A stretch of 63,826 nt of DNA, counting the filler, from Syncephalis fuscata S228 (taxonomy: Eukaryota; Fungi; Zoopagomycota), in the NCBI GenBank assembly GCA_025786725.1. It is 4 parts of 4 records of this genome, joined end to end, with 100 filler letters (N's around TTAATTAATTAA, not from the genome) between each part and the next. Parts side by side here need not be neighbours in the genome. Positions count along the whole stretch, not along the records: positions 44,666 to 57,412 come from JAHLTZ010000260.1; positions 57,513 to 63,826 come from JAHLTZ010000330.1; 2 more parts are not named here. One strand, given 5' to 3'. Position 1 is the stretch's first letter. Each line of letters starts with the position of its first letter. The notes below the pieces were generated by a model. That model worked only from the letters and a program-made list of their open reading frames with translations, did not search any database and had not been told where the DNA came from. This document shows, one piece after another, positions 48,669 through 62,519 of the stretch. The position numbers and the translations under genes are program-made.

Positions 48669-51600
48669 ATGAAACAGCGATTTACCTCTATTGACGTGCG
48701 CGCCATTGTTAATGAGCTGCGAGATCGGTAAGTAGCGTTCAAAGCAGTACTCTGCCAGCATTACAGCTATTAATGTTCTCTATATGGTCAGCGTCGTTAA
48801 TTTACGCCTACAAAATGTCTATGATGTTAATTCAAAGACATTTTTATTAAAGTTTGCGCGGGTAAGCTGATTACGGCAATATTGTAGCATAGGATGGTAA
48901 CAGTTTATTAATATTGCTCTTATAGTCGGATAAGAAAGAGCTTATTCTACTTGAATCAGGCATCCGTATTCATTCAACGCAATATACACGCGATAAAGCG
49001 AATATGCCATCCAACTTTTGTATGAAGGTATGTATTAGTGCGTGTATTTGCGATATACTTATAAATGATGTATCTAGTTAAGAAAACATATTCGTATGCG
49101 TCGTTTAACCAATGTACGCCAATTGGGAACGGATCGTATTGTTCATTTTGAATTTCTTGGTAATGAAGCTGATGGCGATTTCCACTTATTTGTTGAGTTC
49201 TATGCATCGGTAGGTGGACTACGTAAAATTAAGATAATTGAATTAAGTGTGAATAGGGCAATATTATATTGACCGATCACGCCTTTAATATTATTGCGTT
49301 ATTGCGAGTGGTGCAACCAAGTGAATCTGTACGATTTGCAGTGCGTGAACCATATCCACTATCTACTGATACGGCGAGACGCGACTGGCAGTTGCTGCCA
49401 TCAGATGATGATTTAAAGGCGGCTATTCGTAATGCAGTGCAAGGAGCAGCGGCCAAAGACAATTTAAAGCGTACTCTTGGCGGTATAGCTGTCCTATCTG
49501 ATTTAGGACCAGTATTGATTGAACATGCTATCCGAGTGGCAGGATTAGAGCCTCAATTAAAAGTGGCCAGCGACTTTGACGCTGCTGATGGTAAATAGCG
49601 CTGCTTTATAACCATCGTTGTATATCTATTTATTTATTTGTATGTTTGTATGTAGCATCACCACAAATGACCTCTCTTATGCACGGCTTAAAGGAATCCC
49701 GTGACATGCTAGCTGCGCAAAGTGCATCAGGCCCTCGAAAGGTAAATTAAATTATTTAATTACTAAGCAGTTGTAATTAATAATGTTATAGGGATATATT
49801 ATTGGAAAGCCATTGACTAATAAAGCGGCCAATACTGAAACAGACAATGAGTTAATGTAAGTCATTAATATACATGTATCATTTATTAAATAGTGTTTTA
49901 TAGTTATGATGAGTTTCATCCATTTATATGTGCACAGCATCGAGCATTGCCGCACAAAGAATTTGATTCATTTGATGCTTGTGTTGATGAATTTTACACG
50001 TTTATTGAAAGTCAGAAATTGGAGACCAAAACTGTACAACAGGTAATTAGTACTATTAAATATATAATTTATGTTGTTGTTGTTGTTGTTGTTAATCAAT
50101 GATCATGACAATAGGAAGTGGACGCCGATAAGAAGCTGAATAAGATTAAGCGTGATCAATTTTCCCGTGCCAGTTCATTAGCAGTGACGCAGACCGAGAA
50201 TGAACGCCGAGCAGAACTCATTTTAAACAATCTGGATTTAGTCGAACGATCCATTAAATATATTCGACAGCATGTAGAAGATGGCACAGATTGGAAGTTA
50301 CTATGGCGTATGATCCAGAACCGCCGTAAACAACTAACGCAAACTGATGCTGACCGGGCCCGTGAAGAAGAAGTGGAACGTAAAAAGGCCGAAGAGAAAG
50401 AAGCAAAACGAGCCCGTGCTGCTAAAGCATTAGGTGTTGAAGTATCCGCACTAAAACCCTCTGAACCGGCCGAGCCTAAGGCAGAAGAAGAAGAAGGGCC
50501 CGAGAAAGTAGTTCGATTTGCCGCCGTAGGCACTAATGGTGTCGTAAGACGAGCACGTGAACCAGACCACGATCCAGTACTTGAAGATGATATTGCTATG
50601 TCATTAGTAGAACTCAAATTGACCCAAAACAAGTTTATTTTAGCACTATGGTAAGTAATAGGATAGGATAGTATATACAGTGCAATAATAGTAATGTTTA
50701 TATTTAGTGATACCAATGGTAACGATACGGCAAATAGCGAGGCTGAAGACGATTCATCGTCAATGACCACATCCACCTCAGTGACTCGTAGTTCCAATAT
50801 AACGAATCCTGCTGCTGTCAAGGTTAGCATTGACACTTCTATGACGGCCTACGCCAATGCCCGTTCTTTCTATGATCAAAAACGGCAAAGTGCCGTAAAA
50901 CACACCAAAACAATGGCCCAAGCCGAAAAGGTCAGTAGCAATAGATATAAGTACAAATACAAATTGAATTAACATTTAATGAATTTATTAGGCCTTTAAG
51001 AGTGCAGAGAAAAAGATTCGTCAAGATTTACACCAAGTCAAAATCACAGCCACAATTAATCGAATGCGTAAACCATTCTGGTTTGAAAAGTTTATGTGGT
51101 TTATTTCTTCCGAAGGCTATTTAGTCATTGCCGGTCGAGATATGCAGCAGAACGAACTGATTGTTAAACGCCATCTTCGTAAAGGTAAATATAACAATAT
51201 TAGTAGTAGTATTGGTAGTATTAACGATATAGCTATGCTATAGACGATAAATATGTTCACGCTGATCTACATGGTGCAGCTACAGTGGTAGTAAAGAATC
51301 CACATACATATCCACCACCACCATCAACGATGTTCCAAGCCGGTGTCATGTCAGTGTGTCAATCACGTGCTTGGGAGGCCAAAATGCTTGCATCTGCTTA
51401 TTGGGTCAATTCCGATCAAGTGTCTAAAACGGCTCCATCAGGCGAGTATTTATCAACGGGTAGTTTTATGATTCGTGGCAAGCGTAACTTTCTACCACCC
51501 GTCAATCTCGTTTATGGTTTTGGCTATTTGTTTAAGATTGATGAGAGTTGTGTGGCTGCTCATGTATTGCAACAACGAGCAGAAAATCAACTATCATCTA

Positions 51601-53090
51601 CCGAGGAGACTGCTGCATCTGAAGAAGAACGTCGTTGGCGTGAACGACATAGTCATTACGAATATACCGATGAGGCATCATCTAAAGATACGACTAATGA
51701 AGCAACTGATGATACAACAGGTAAGTGTTGTTAATAAAATAGTTATCTATCTATACGTTTATTTATTATTGGTTAGAACAAGTGGCTAAGCCTGTAAAGG
51801 TGGATGCAACAGATAAATATGCACTAGACAAGTTTGGCGATGAACAGAATAATATTCTGACTGAACTACTAGCCACACCTAAACAGACCGCTACTTCAAC
51901 AACAGCAGAATCAACCACTGATAAGGTAACTATGTAGATATAGATATAGATATAGATAGATTAATCGTTTATTTACAGCCTCAATCTAAACCGGCCAAGA
52001 AACATTTATCAGCCAAAGAGCGACGAGACTTAAAGAAAGGCAAACCAGTAGAGACCAGTCACGATACAGAGAGTAAAAGTGATAAGGTTGATAATAACAA
52101 TAATAAAAAGAAACAAGCACCGACCAAGGCTCAACCAGCAGTGCCACAGAATAAAGTGAGTTAACTAATTGACTATTTAGTATTAATTATATTAATACAA
52201 CTTAGTCATCCAATAAAAAGGTTAGAGGAAAAGGACGTAAATCAAACAAAAAAGATCACTGGTCCGATTCAGAACCGGAAACAGATGAATTAAAGGTAAT
52301 TAACTAGTTAACCTTAGTATATTGTATTAATACTAGTATCTAGCCTCGTCGTGGAAGAACTGATAGTCAATTGGGCGAACTAGTACATCAATTAACTGAT
52401 CTAAGTAAATCTAAAGAAGTAGATCAGCTGAATGAGGATGAACAGCCATTGAATACAGATATTGTAGATGAAACAGAACCATCTATCAATATTGAAGAAG
52501 AAGAAGACGAAGACGAAGAAGGTAATAGTAATAATGAACAAGATGGCAGTGAAATGGAAGAAGACGAGGAAGAAGGAGAAGAAAAGGAAGAAATTCGCCG
52601 TTTAATGGCTGAAGAGAATATTGCCGTGTTAGATAATGAAGATGCAGTAAGTTATTAATATTAGTTAACTAGTCTATTAATTCAATCTATTTAAAGGATA
52701 ATCTGTCATTTATGGATGCATTAGTTGGCACACCACTGCCAGATGATGTTATTCATTTTGCTATACCGATTTGTGCACCGTATGCAGCATTACAGCGGTG
52801 TAAATACCGTGTGAAACTACAACCAGGCACAATTAAGAAGGGCAAAGGCAAGTATCAAAAATACCAATAATGCTAATATTAGTATTTTACTGATTTATTG
52901 TTTAGCTTGTAAGGTGGCTTTGGACCACTTTTTACGACAGTCCAATATTACACAGCGCGAACGGGAACTGCTTAAAAGTGTACCAGAGACTGAACAGATT
53001 GCCGCTATGCTCGCCAAAGTACGTGTGGTGACTGGTGATGGTCAGAGTAACAGCGGTCGCTCCTCGTCGAATAATCGACGTAAGCGATAA
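48669..53090 (+). CDS. RQC2: Ribosome quality control subunit Rqc2/NEMF (multi-exon)
   Basis: [87 protein letters not shown]. Confidence 0.95.
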
Positions 53091-54604
53091 TGAGCCATTT
53101 TGTTATGATTACAATTACTGGTTTTAATAAAGTGGATTGCTGTTACTGCATGGGTGTGCGTGTGTGTGTGTGTATTCATTTTACTGGTTCAACTATAGAA
53201 TGTAGCCAGCACTGGTTATAACCAACCATGATAGTGATTACTGCGATGATTTGCTGTACCAATGAGCGAGCACCACGCACTCATGATTATTATTATTGCA
53301 ATATTAATATATCAATAGTAATCATGTTGTTAATACAAATACACATACAATTAATACACATGTAATTAATTATTGACACATCATTATTTATTATCGATCT
53401 CGTGTGTCGTTCAAAATATCACATTTACTGTGCGAAATACCTGTTGTGTATATCCCTTCTTTTATTCCATTATTTTGGTATCGTGGTGACTGCAAACACT
53501 CTACCGTGTGTTCTACTATTTGTTTATCCTTGATTTCTCTAGAGAGACCTCATCGGCATTGTTTATTCATAAATAGTGGATTTTGCTCTCTTATATATCT
53601 ATATATCCATTGATATCCACATTGTCTCAGCACACAACAAGATTGCTACTGAAGCAGAAGAGCACCAGGTAAGTTGGATGCGGTGATGCTTAGACAGCTA
53701 CAGGTCTAGCTATTTGTATAGCTGGTAGTTGCTTGTTAAGTTGTAGATGGTGCACTAGCGGGATGATAGACTATAACAGCCGTACTAGCTTGTATTGCAC
53801 CATGATGCTTGACCAATGTCGATAGTAGCGGAGATTGGTTTGGTTAGCAGTGGTAGTGACTATCTTGTTGTTTGATGACAAGTCGTTTATGGTGCTTGAA
53901 CAACAACAAATAGTGACTAGGACAGAGCGAGAGAGAGAGAGCGAATTGGTGCATTTCTTTGTCTTGTAGTTAGTGGCGTGGTTGTTGATGAGGGGCATAG
54001 ATAGATGAGTATATGCATATAGCATATAGCATATGGTATATGGTATATAGTATATGGTATATAGAATATAACATATAGAATATAGGCGCGGTGTAAACAA
54101 TAATAATGCTAGCTACTATTTAGACTAGTATTGCAGAAGGCGATATCCATACATAGAATATAGCCACTAACTAATTGGTTAACGGGCCACAACAATATAT
54201 GACTATAGCTGTTTTTGTGACATTATTCAGATGATCTAAGTGCAGTGCTTCTAATTGCGCCTACCTTTATTCTTTTCTTCTATTTGGCATATATATATAC
54301 ACACCAAGTTGATCATCTTTTTATTTGTGACAACGTATCGCAATCTATTAAATACGCTGAATCGTGCTGTCACAGCGTGTAAAGTCTTGTCCCCAATTAG
54401 TTGACTAGCGATTGCTGGTTCACTCTACAGACAGTATGCAAGTACTGATGGGCTCTACTTGCGTGTAGTAGTGCTATTTAGTAGGCGTGTATGCTAATCT
54501 ATAGCTTATTGTTAGACTCAAGACGTAGAGGGTTTTAATCAGTATTTTGTTATATTGAACACGGCTGTATTCAGCATACGCATACCTAGTCGATATCAAC
54601 GACC

Positions 54605-56154
54605 ATGGCTACCAGTATTTTATCTGACCGGCAAAAAGAAGAGCTGTTAGTATTGACGTCATAACAGGATAACACGCTAATCATTGGCATATATTTATAT
54701 ACGACGTTTAGACAGCGGGCCATTCTTGATTTTTTAAACACAAATGGTTATCGAGAAGCATATGAAGCATTGAAGCTTGAAAGCAGCAATGAAGATTTTG
54801 ACCCTGATCCCAAGAGCAAATATAGTGGATTATTGGAGAAAAAATGGACATCAGTAATTCGACTACAGAAGAAGGTAAGAGCAAGGACGACTAAAGATGG
54901 ATGTTAAGCGCTAAATGGCTGTAAAGATTATGGATTTAGAAGGTAAACTGGCACAATCACAAGCAGAATTGGCGATAGCACCGGTGCGTAAAGCAACGAG
55001 CTCAGTTGATTGGATTCCGCGTGGACCAGAGAAGCATTTATTGTCGGGACATCGATCACCAGTGACGCGCGTTTGTTTCCATCCCGTATTTTCAGTATTG
55101 GCAACGGCAAGTGAGGATACGACGATTAAAGTATGGGACTACGAGACGGGAGAGTTTGAACGCACGCTAAAGGGACACACCAAAGCAGTTCAAGATATTG
55201 GATTTGATTCAAGAGGCAATTTTCTTGGTAAGCTATTCTTTTAGATAAATATACTAGTATTTGTTACTAATTTTTGCTATTTAGTCTCGTGCTCGGCTGA
55301 TTTGACAATCAAGATATGGGATTTACAAAATGATTACAAGTGTATTAAGACGTTATACGGTCATGACCATAGTGTTTCAGCAGTCATGTTTATGCCAGGT
55401 GGTGATAAGATTGTTTCGGCATCGCGTGACAAAACGATTAAGATCTGGGAGGTGGCGTCAGGGTAAATAGCTATTGCGACGATGCATTGTTCTGTTATCA
55501 GGCATCTAAGTATTTGTTTATTATAGATATTGTGTCCGAACATTGCAAGGCCATTTGGAATGGGTACGCGCCATTAGTATGACTGAAGATAGCCGTATGT
55601 TGGCCAGTGGATCTAATGATCAGGTGGGTGATTTGATAGATGGATATATGGAATGATTAATGACATGGAATAACTAGACGGTGCGTATTTGGGAGCTTTC
55701 CACAGGAGAATGCAAGGCAGATTTACGTGGACACGACCACGTTGTTGAATGCGTAGCATTTGCCCCAGTGACCGCTTACCCATTTATTCGAGAATTGGTT
55801 GGTATTGAAACGGCCAAGAAAGGCAGTAAGGATGAACAGCCCGGCCAGTATTTGGTTTCTGGATCGCGTGATAAAGTGCTTAAACTATGGGACGCTCAAT
55901 CGGGCCAGTGCCTCCACACGTTCGTCGGTCATGACAATTGGGTGCGCGGTGTCGTTTTCCACCCATCTGGCAAGTATTTGCTCAGTGCGAGCGATGACAA
56001 GATGTTAAAGATCTGGGATCTTAAGACGGGACGGGCACAAAAGACCATTGAGGCACACCAACACTTTACGACGTGTGTGGCCTTCAACACGAACAGTCCA
56101 ACGGTAGCGACGGGGAGTGTAGACCAGAGTGTTAAAATATGGGAATGCCGATAA
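54605..56154 (+). CDS. PAC1: LIS1/NudF/Pac1 dynein regulator (LisH plus WD40)
   Basis: [51 protein letters not shown]40 repeats, ends KIWECR. Confidence 0.96.
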
Positions 56155-57412
56155 TAAATAAAGAGTCTTTTTGTTATCTTTGAAAAAATAGCTAGATTAC
56201 TAAAGTAGATTAAATTTTAAATGGCTTATGCTTTTGTTATTATCGAGTGTATAATTGTTACTGTTATTAACACTTATATTTGGTAAAGAGTAGTGATGAC
56301 TACCAGTAGTGGATATTGATAAACATAGTGACTACTAGTCGTTGGTAATGGCACGATTAGATTAATACAGTTGACTGACTTATGATGGCATTAGTTTACA
56401 CAGCAATAAATTAAAATGAATATAAAAGAATTGGCTGTACTACTAAAGCATTTATAAAAGTTTAGCTATTTATAACTGTTGAGTTTCACTAAACAAGTTA
56501 ATTATCATCTACCATACTATTTTACGGTATTAATTATAATGTATATATAACTCACCGATGTGCTATGTGGATTGATTTAACGGTGTGATAAATGGTTGGC
56601 AGTGAAATTAGAGCATATTTTGGTAATAGTCAAGACATGTACGAGTATATTTAGTATATGGATACAATAGCAATGCTATGGCATAAATATTTGATTAATA
56701 TATTACAGACTATGGTGCATTACGGAAAGACTATTGTGCATGTATATAGCAACTATTTTGGTATAGATTAATATTGAGTTAATACGGCTATTTAAGGTTT
56801 CCAACGATGCTATGACAAAACTAGTAGTTTTGGTACTATTCTAATGCCAATGAACATTATTACAGAAAAGTATATATGAATATGTATTGGCTATTGGTCT
56901 ATAATATTTGTTGCCGACTTATAATTATAACTATAAACGTGTCTGTTAAAGATGTAAATAAGATTTTGTGGTTTTTTGCAACCATTATTGATATGTCATT
57001 TATTGGAGTTATTTTGTACATGTATCTATGAGCAATAAACCTATTAATTCTGATGTAAACTAAACCTTTATGTATGTAGTTTGTTTTTTGAAATTACCAT
57101 AATCATTTGGCTATTGATTTATTTTAGTAAAGCTATTGAGGCATGTGTTCTGTGTGACTGGCAGCATTGCAACAATGCTGGTTAGCTAGTAGGCGTAATA
57201 GTGTAAACTACCATACAATCAGTCCTAAATATACCCTAGTTATACGTCAACCATGCATAGTGTATATTGGTATTGCTGATATACTGTTGGCTTATAATAA
57301 CAACAAGCAATTGTCAAAACTGGTTAAACACATGGCATCAATATAACTGGCTAAGTTATAATAGATGTTGCTATTGCTATACAATTACCGATGGCTAATA
57401 ATAAATGCAATA

Positions 57413-57512
57413 NNNNNNNNNNNNNNNNNNNNNNNNNNNNNNNNNNNNNNNNNNNNTTAATTAATTAANNNNNNNNNNNNNNNNNNNNNNNNNNNNNNNN
57501 NNNNNNNNNNNN
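57413..57512. other. Assembly spacer (Ns with TTAATTAATTAA)
   Basis: 100-nt N run with linker. Confidence 0.98.
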
Positions 57513-58140
57513 TCGGCGTGACTATAGGTGCTGGTGGGTTTACTACAGCTGGTGCTGGTGCCGGACTCTGTGTTGCCTTTGATGACGGTGTGACTGTAGG
57601 TGCTGGTGGATTTACTACAGGTATTGCCGGTGACACCGTTCCTATGGAACCATGTGGTACATGATACTTGCAATAGGATTGTCAAGGTTCATAGAAGAGA
57701 GCTGTGGTGGAATCCAATTGGATTTACAGCAAAAGCTGGTAAACGATTTGGCAAGAAATTAAATTCTATGCCAGTAGTAATAATTAAATCGGGATCAATA
57801 CTTGCTACATTTTTATTGACTTTAAGTGTGGATGCTTCTTTTGGCGTTAAAAAGCCACTAAAAATCGACATATCAGGCCATTCAATTTTTATTTTATCTC
57901 GAGCCTTTATAGAAAGTGCATCAGGATCTATGTGCTAGAGTTAGGTTTTGAAAATGCATTAACATTGGACTTGCCAGCAGATTGTTTCATTTTAACAATA
58001 TAACGCTCCTCCAAATGGCCATCATCACGGACTCGTTGTATTCTGGTTACTCTATTATTTGCGGTGTTAAGCGCACTAGCATCAACAATGAGCAGTAGTG
58101 CTGCCACTAAAGCGCCAACACTACAATATTTTGAAAGCAT
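57513..58140 (-). pseudogene. Frameshifted secreted protein with an I9 (subtilisin propeptide)-like region and Pro-rich repeats, running into the gap
   Basis: Signal peptide then ERYIVKMK. A second frame gives IFSGFLTPKEASTLKVNKNVASIDPDLII, and another gives PVVNPPAPTVTP...AVVNPPAPIVTP. Confidence 0.55.
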
Positions 58141-58869
58141 TTAAAAATATTTGCCAAGCTATAATGTATTAAAGTGAAGTATAAAGGCAAATAAGGTTGG
58201 CAAAAGCCAACTTTTAAATAGTTGTATTAATACGGAATAGTTGGAGAAATTTGATTACAATACATGTCATTTAATAAAATTTCAAGGGATGTACAGATAT
58301 ATACTGCATGCTATCCACTTGATCCGTTTCAATGACGATACAAAAATAGCTAAGGAGTCGTGGGGTTTATTCCTAATCTAAGGATCTTGGCCTGGCGCTA
58401 CCGCTTAAAGGGGTAACAGGGACTGCGTAGATAATGTGACCGACTCTTGTTCTGCGGGAGTTATTACAATACATACAAGGCACTTTGTGCCAAGCTTATT
58501 TTCTACAAAAATGCGCTAGACATTTATCCTTGAACAATCAGATTGGAAAAACGCATGACCACTAAACAATGAGCAAACAATCAGCAAATCTTTGCTGGTA
58601 CGCCTTGAAAAGCTACAGCAAGTAAAAAAATAGCTTTTACAATGTAATTAAGGATATTGCTTGAAAAATAAAGAGCTTAAATACTTTTTCTTAATTATTG
58701 GTTGTACGAGATGGCACTAACAATTGTAATCAATGTCATTTCCGGATTCTTTGTTATTGCGCGCTATTTGCTGAGCAGTATAGCTTAGTCTATAATTTGC
58801 TATAAAAGCGCAAATAAATGTCTGTCTGTTTTGCATCGGCAATCATTACTGCTAAATTTGTTCTTTACC

Positions 58870-59049
58870 ATGTTCATCATCATACCATTTTTGTTTTGTT
58901 TGTTTACTGCTGGTCAAGTAACTACTCAACCTATTTACAACATGAAAATAGGATCCGAGCTCGAACAACACTCCACAAATAATTCCACAACTAATTCCAA
59001 ACCATTGCCGGTTATTTTACCCCGTGGTCGCTATGGATGGCGCTATTAG
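58870..59049 (+). CDS. Putative small secreted peptide, 59 aa
   Basis: TATAAAAG at 58801, ACCATG start context, hydrophobic MFIIIPFLFCLFTAGQVTT, C-terminus PRGRYGWRY. Confidence 0.4.
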   Translation: MFIIIPFLFCLFTAGQVTTQPIYNMKIGSELEQHSTNNSTTNSKPLPVILPRGRYGWRY

Positions 59050-59882
59050 GCAGGACCAAATATGTGCTAGCCGTTGGTATTTACTTGAATATCACTAAAC
59101 CGAAAAAATGCATGTAGTTTTAATAAATTACTGTATTTGAAGACTGCAAAACACTTGGTTGCATACGCACATAGTGAGATGCCAATTTGTTAGTATTCAT
59201 TAATGCAATTATGTCATAAACATTGATCAATTTGACAATGACGTTTCAAAGTATACATTTTCAGAAAAGGAATGGAAGCTAGCTTTATCAATAATAAACT
59301 ATTTTATATTGCACCAACAAAATAGTGACCAACATTGTATAGATCAAATTTATTTATTTATAGCATATACACTCTTATTCATGCAATGCAATTTAGACTA
59401 TTATTGTATTTGTTAACAATAATAAAATTAGCATTATATCCTCGTTGAAGCATCAAATATCTACCAGTCGACACATTTAAATCAATCAAATTTACATTAT
59501 ACAAAAGAGTTGCACATCTATTGTATAGAAACATTCAAAATCTGGAAAAATGGTTAAAAAAAGCACAGGCATATTGACTAAAATAATTAGCTAATTGGAT
59601 AAGTATTTATGTAGAAAATAAAGCGAAATTACACAGCTGGTAAATAGTTATAAAATTTTAAAATCTGACTAACCATTTGCCATTAGGATATGGCCAATTG
59701 ATCCTTACGCACAAATATCTATTTTTATATTCTAGCCTTCATAGCATTTTATTTCGAAACAAACTTTAAATTATAATAATATATTTGTTAACACTCTTTA
59801 TATAGCAATGAAAATAAAACCTATAACTTTAGTAAAAATCCTCTTTATATATAGCATCTAGCTAATACGCCATAGACCAAGC

Positions 59883-60840
59883 TCATTTGTTCAATTCGGC
59901 CAATCGGCTTTCCACTAGTCTTGAGACCAATGTGTCCACGTATTGCTTGATGCCAGATCCGGCGGTGTGATTTATCATCGATGTTTGATTATCGGCTAAA
60001 TCGGCTGAGTGGCTGTTTGCCTCCGTGATAGAACTTGATAGTACACGCTCCACATATTTACCAAGCATATCTACCTCGATGTTGATACGGTCACCAACTT
60101 GACGTTTTGGCAAAACAACATGGCCTTGTGTATAGGCAATTAACATGACATTAAACCACGGTCCTTCTTCACCAGTAGCCGATACTTGCGCACCTACTGG
60201 ATAGTTTACATCGCAAACTGTCAATGAGGTGCCATCCAATGCCACAAATCCCTTGGGGATAATATAGCGCATCACGGCGGGGTCGGCCGGTTGCAGTTTA
60301 AGCCACAGCGAGTTTTCCTCTTCTGTACGTGAAATAACCGTAACTGTGGTGTCAATATGTCCCTAAAATACATACAATTATTATAAATATCACAACTATC
60401 CCAGCCATTTCCGCTACCTGTACAAAATGGCCACCAAATCGAGTATGCGAAGAAAGTGCACGTTCCAAGTTTACATCTGTTCCAATCTTGAGTTCGCCTA
60501 GATAAAAGTAGTTAGCTTTGCAAACAAAATCTATTACTTATATTTACCAAGATTTGTGCGTCGCAGCGTCTCTGGTGACAATCCGACTTTAAAAGAGTCT
60601 TTATCGGCCTCAGTCACCGTCAGACAAGTACCTACCAACAGCCAGCTTATTAGCACTATTAAACTAGCTTTTTTAGCTGTAGTTACCGTTGATAGCAATG
60701 CTATCACCAAGATGGCAATCGCCTAGAATGGCTTGCGCGCCAGATACAGTCAAGGTCCAGCCGTTGCCTCCAGACGCGGTTGTATCCAACGTCTGGATAT
60801 CGCTAACATGGCCCATACACTCGACAATACCGGTAAACAT
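59883..60840 (-). CDS. RIB5: Riboflavin synthase
   Basis: MFTGIVE, GDSIAINGTCLTV, VNLERAL, FGGHFVQGHID, KGFVALDGTSLTV, INIEVDMLGKYVE. Confidence 0.97.
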
Positions 60841-60979
60841 ACTGAAAATTTGGAGAATAACGAGGAAACAGTGAGAACATCGAGTGAATAGGCTGCAGCA
60901 TTAATAATCACGTCAGCTGTTACACTGTTTTCGACACTCACACGTTTTCTTTTGTTATTTCTGGAACTATCTACAAGCC

Positions 60980-61267
60980 ATGGTGTCTGCAACAGCGATT
61001 CTGCGTAATAGTGTGGTTGCAAACAGTCGAAGATCAGGACTACAGAGACAAGTACTTGGTCTATACCGTTCCTGTTTGCGTACTATTCGTAATAAACCAA
61101 TAGAGACACAACAACAGTTTCGCTTATTTGCACGTCGTCAGTTTGAACGTAATGATGTAAAAATAACCGATATAGCAGCGATTGAACATCTTCTTCGTGT
61201 CGGTCAACGTCAACTAGAAACTTATGGGCATCCTAGTGTGCAAAACATTACTGTACCAACAAAATAG
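60980..61267 (+). CDS. SDH6: LYR-motif protein, SDH assembly factor 1-like
   Basis: RSGLQRQVLGLYRSCLR...FARRQF...IEHLLRVGQRQLE. Divergent from RIB5 with about 140 bp between start codons. Confidence 0.85.
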   Translation: MVSATAILRNSVVANSRRSGLQRQVLGLYRSCLRTIRNKPIETQQQFRLFARRQFERNDVKITDIAAIEHLLRVGQRQLETYGHPSVQNITVPTK

Positions 61268-61556
61268 GACAACAACAACTAAACATATACTATAACAAGG
61301 TTATTAAAGTTTGCTTTAATTGAAATAACATAGTTTATGGAGCATTGAGATTTATTAAAATAGAGAAATAGTAAAAATACGTAGCTCAATACTTTGTGTA
61401 TAGTTACAATGGAAATAAATTGCTTATGATTAATATTTATCATCAGTAGCAAGTGTTTTTTGATTAAAATAATACTTATTGGAATGGTATAATGGTTAAA
61501 TATCATGTTGGTTGGTTGCATAACTTTTATTAACTGCTATATCCAAGCTATCCATA

Positions 61557-62519
61557 TTATGGACGATAAATGAGTGCATCTAAAGCTTGAGGATATGAAA
61601 ACTTGCCAGAATTGCGATCCATAATGTATCCCATATACTCTCCTTCAACTCTTAGTGAGATGAATGGTGAACTGGCCGTCTTTGTTACGCCATCATTTCC
61701 TAGACAACAAATAAATTGTTAGACAAATATTTCTAGTCTATTAAACCTTTACTTACCTTGTCCAGTCCATACGCGTTCGCGTACTATTACACGCGACACG
61801 GGTAATTCGCGTGGCTTGCTTAGTAGACGAAGACCAGCAGTTTCCACGCGAAAGACGTCGCCACGATGGGTCAGCTGAAGGCGTGTAACGTAGCGTGTTG
61901 CATAAGCAAGCAACGAAGCGGAAATGCCACAGCCTGCCACGATCAATCCTATTGCCACTGCTGCTCGCTGCCATAGCGGCGCTAATACGCGTGAAGGCTG
62001 TCCAGTTGTTGTATTAATATCTTTGGTCACAGCAGTTGTAGTATTGGCATCTGTTGTGCTAGTTGTTACATCGGATTCTAAGTTCAAGTCGGATGTAGAG
62101 GCTACCGTCTCTGCCTGTTGGGCTGTTTCGTTTCGTTTATCTGCTACTGTTAAATAATCAACGGCTAGCCAGGCGCCATTAAGCCATAATAGTAGCTGGA
62201 AAAAAGCGGCCGCGTGTATTAGTGCCGAGAACTGACGGCCATCCCGCTGATAAAACGTTACTGGTTTCTCTGTGCGTATAATAGCAAGTACCTGGCGCAG
62301 AATGTCACGATCTGCTTCGGTAATAGCTGATGGATTCAATTTTGGTTTGTTTGTTATTAGTGCTTTCCGTTTAACACCGCTGTTTGCTACTACCGACGTC
62401 GAAAAAGACAGCCGAAATGGCGTGGAATTACGTTGGTATGAAAGCAATAGTCGTCTTAATGGGCTTACTGCCCACAGTCTACTAGTATGAATTCCGCGTT
62501 TTTGCGTAAAGAAAGACAT
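61557..62519 (-). CDS. Mitochondrial two-TM protein, TMEM223-like
   Basis: Presequence-like N-terminus, two hydrophobic helices, RYVTRLQL, and a final exon ...YIMDRNSGKFSYPQALDALIYRP*. Confidence 0.6.

Noticed and set aside
50156-50836. Long antisense ORFs (here, and opposite HAC1, ESA1, DNM1 and the acyltransferase)
   Set aside because: Shadow frames of real genes on the other strand.
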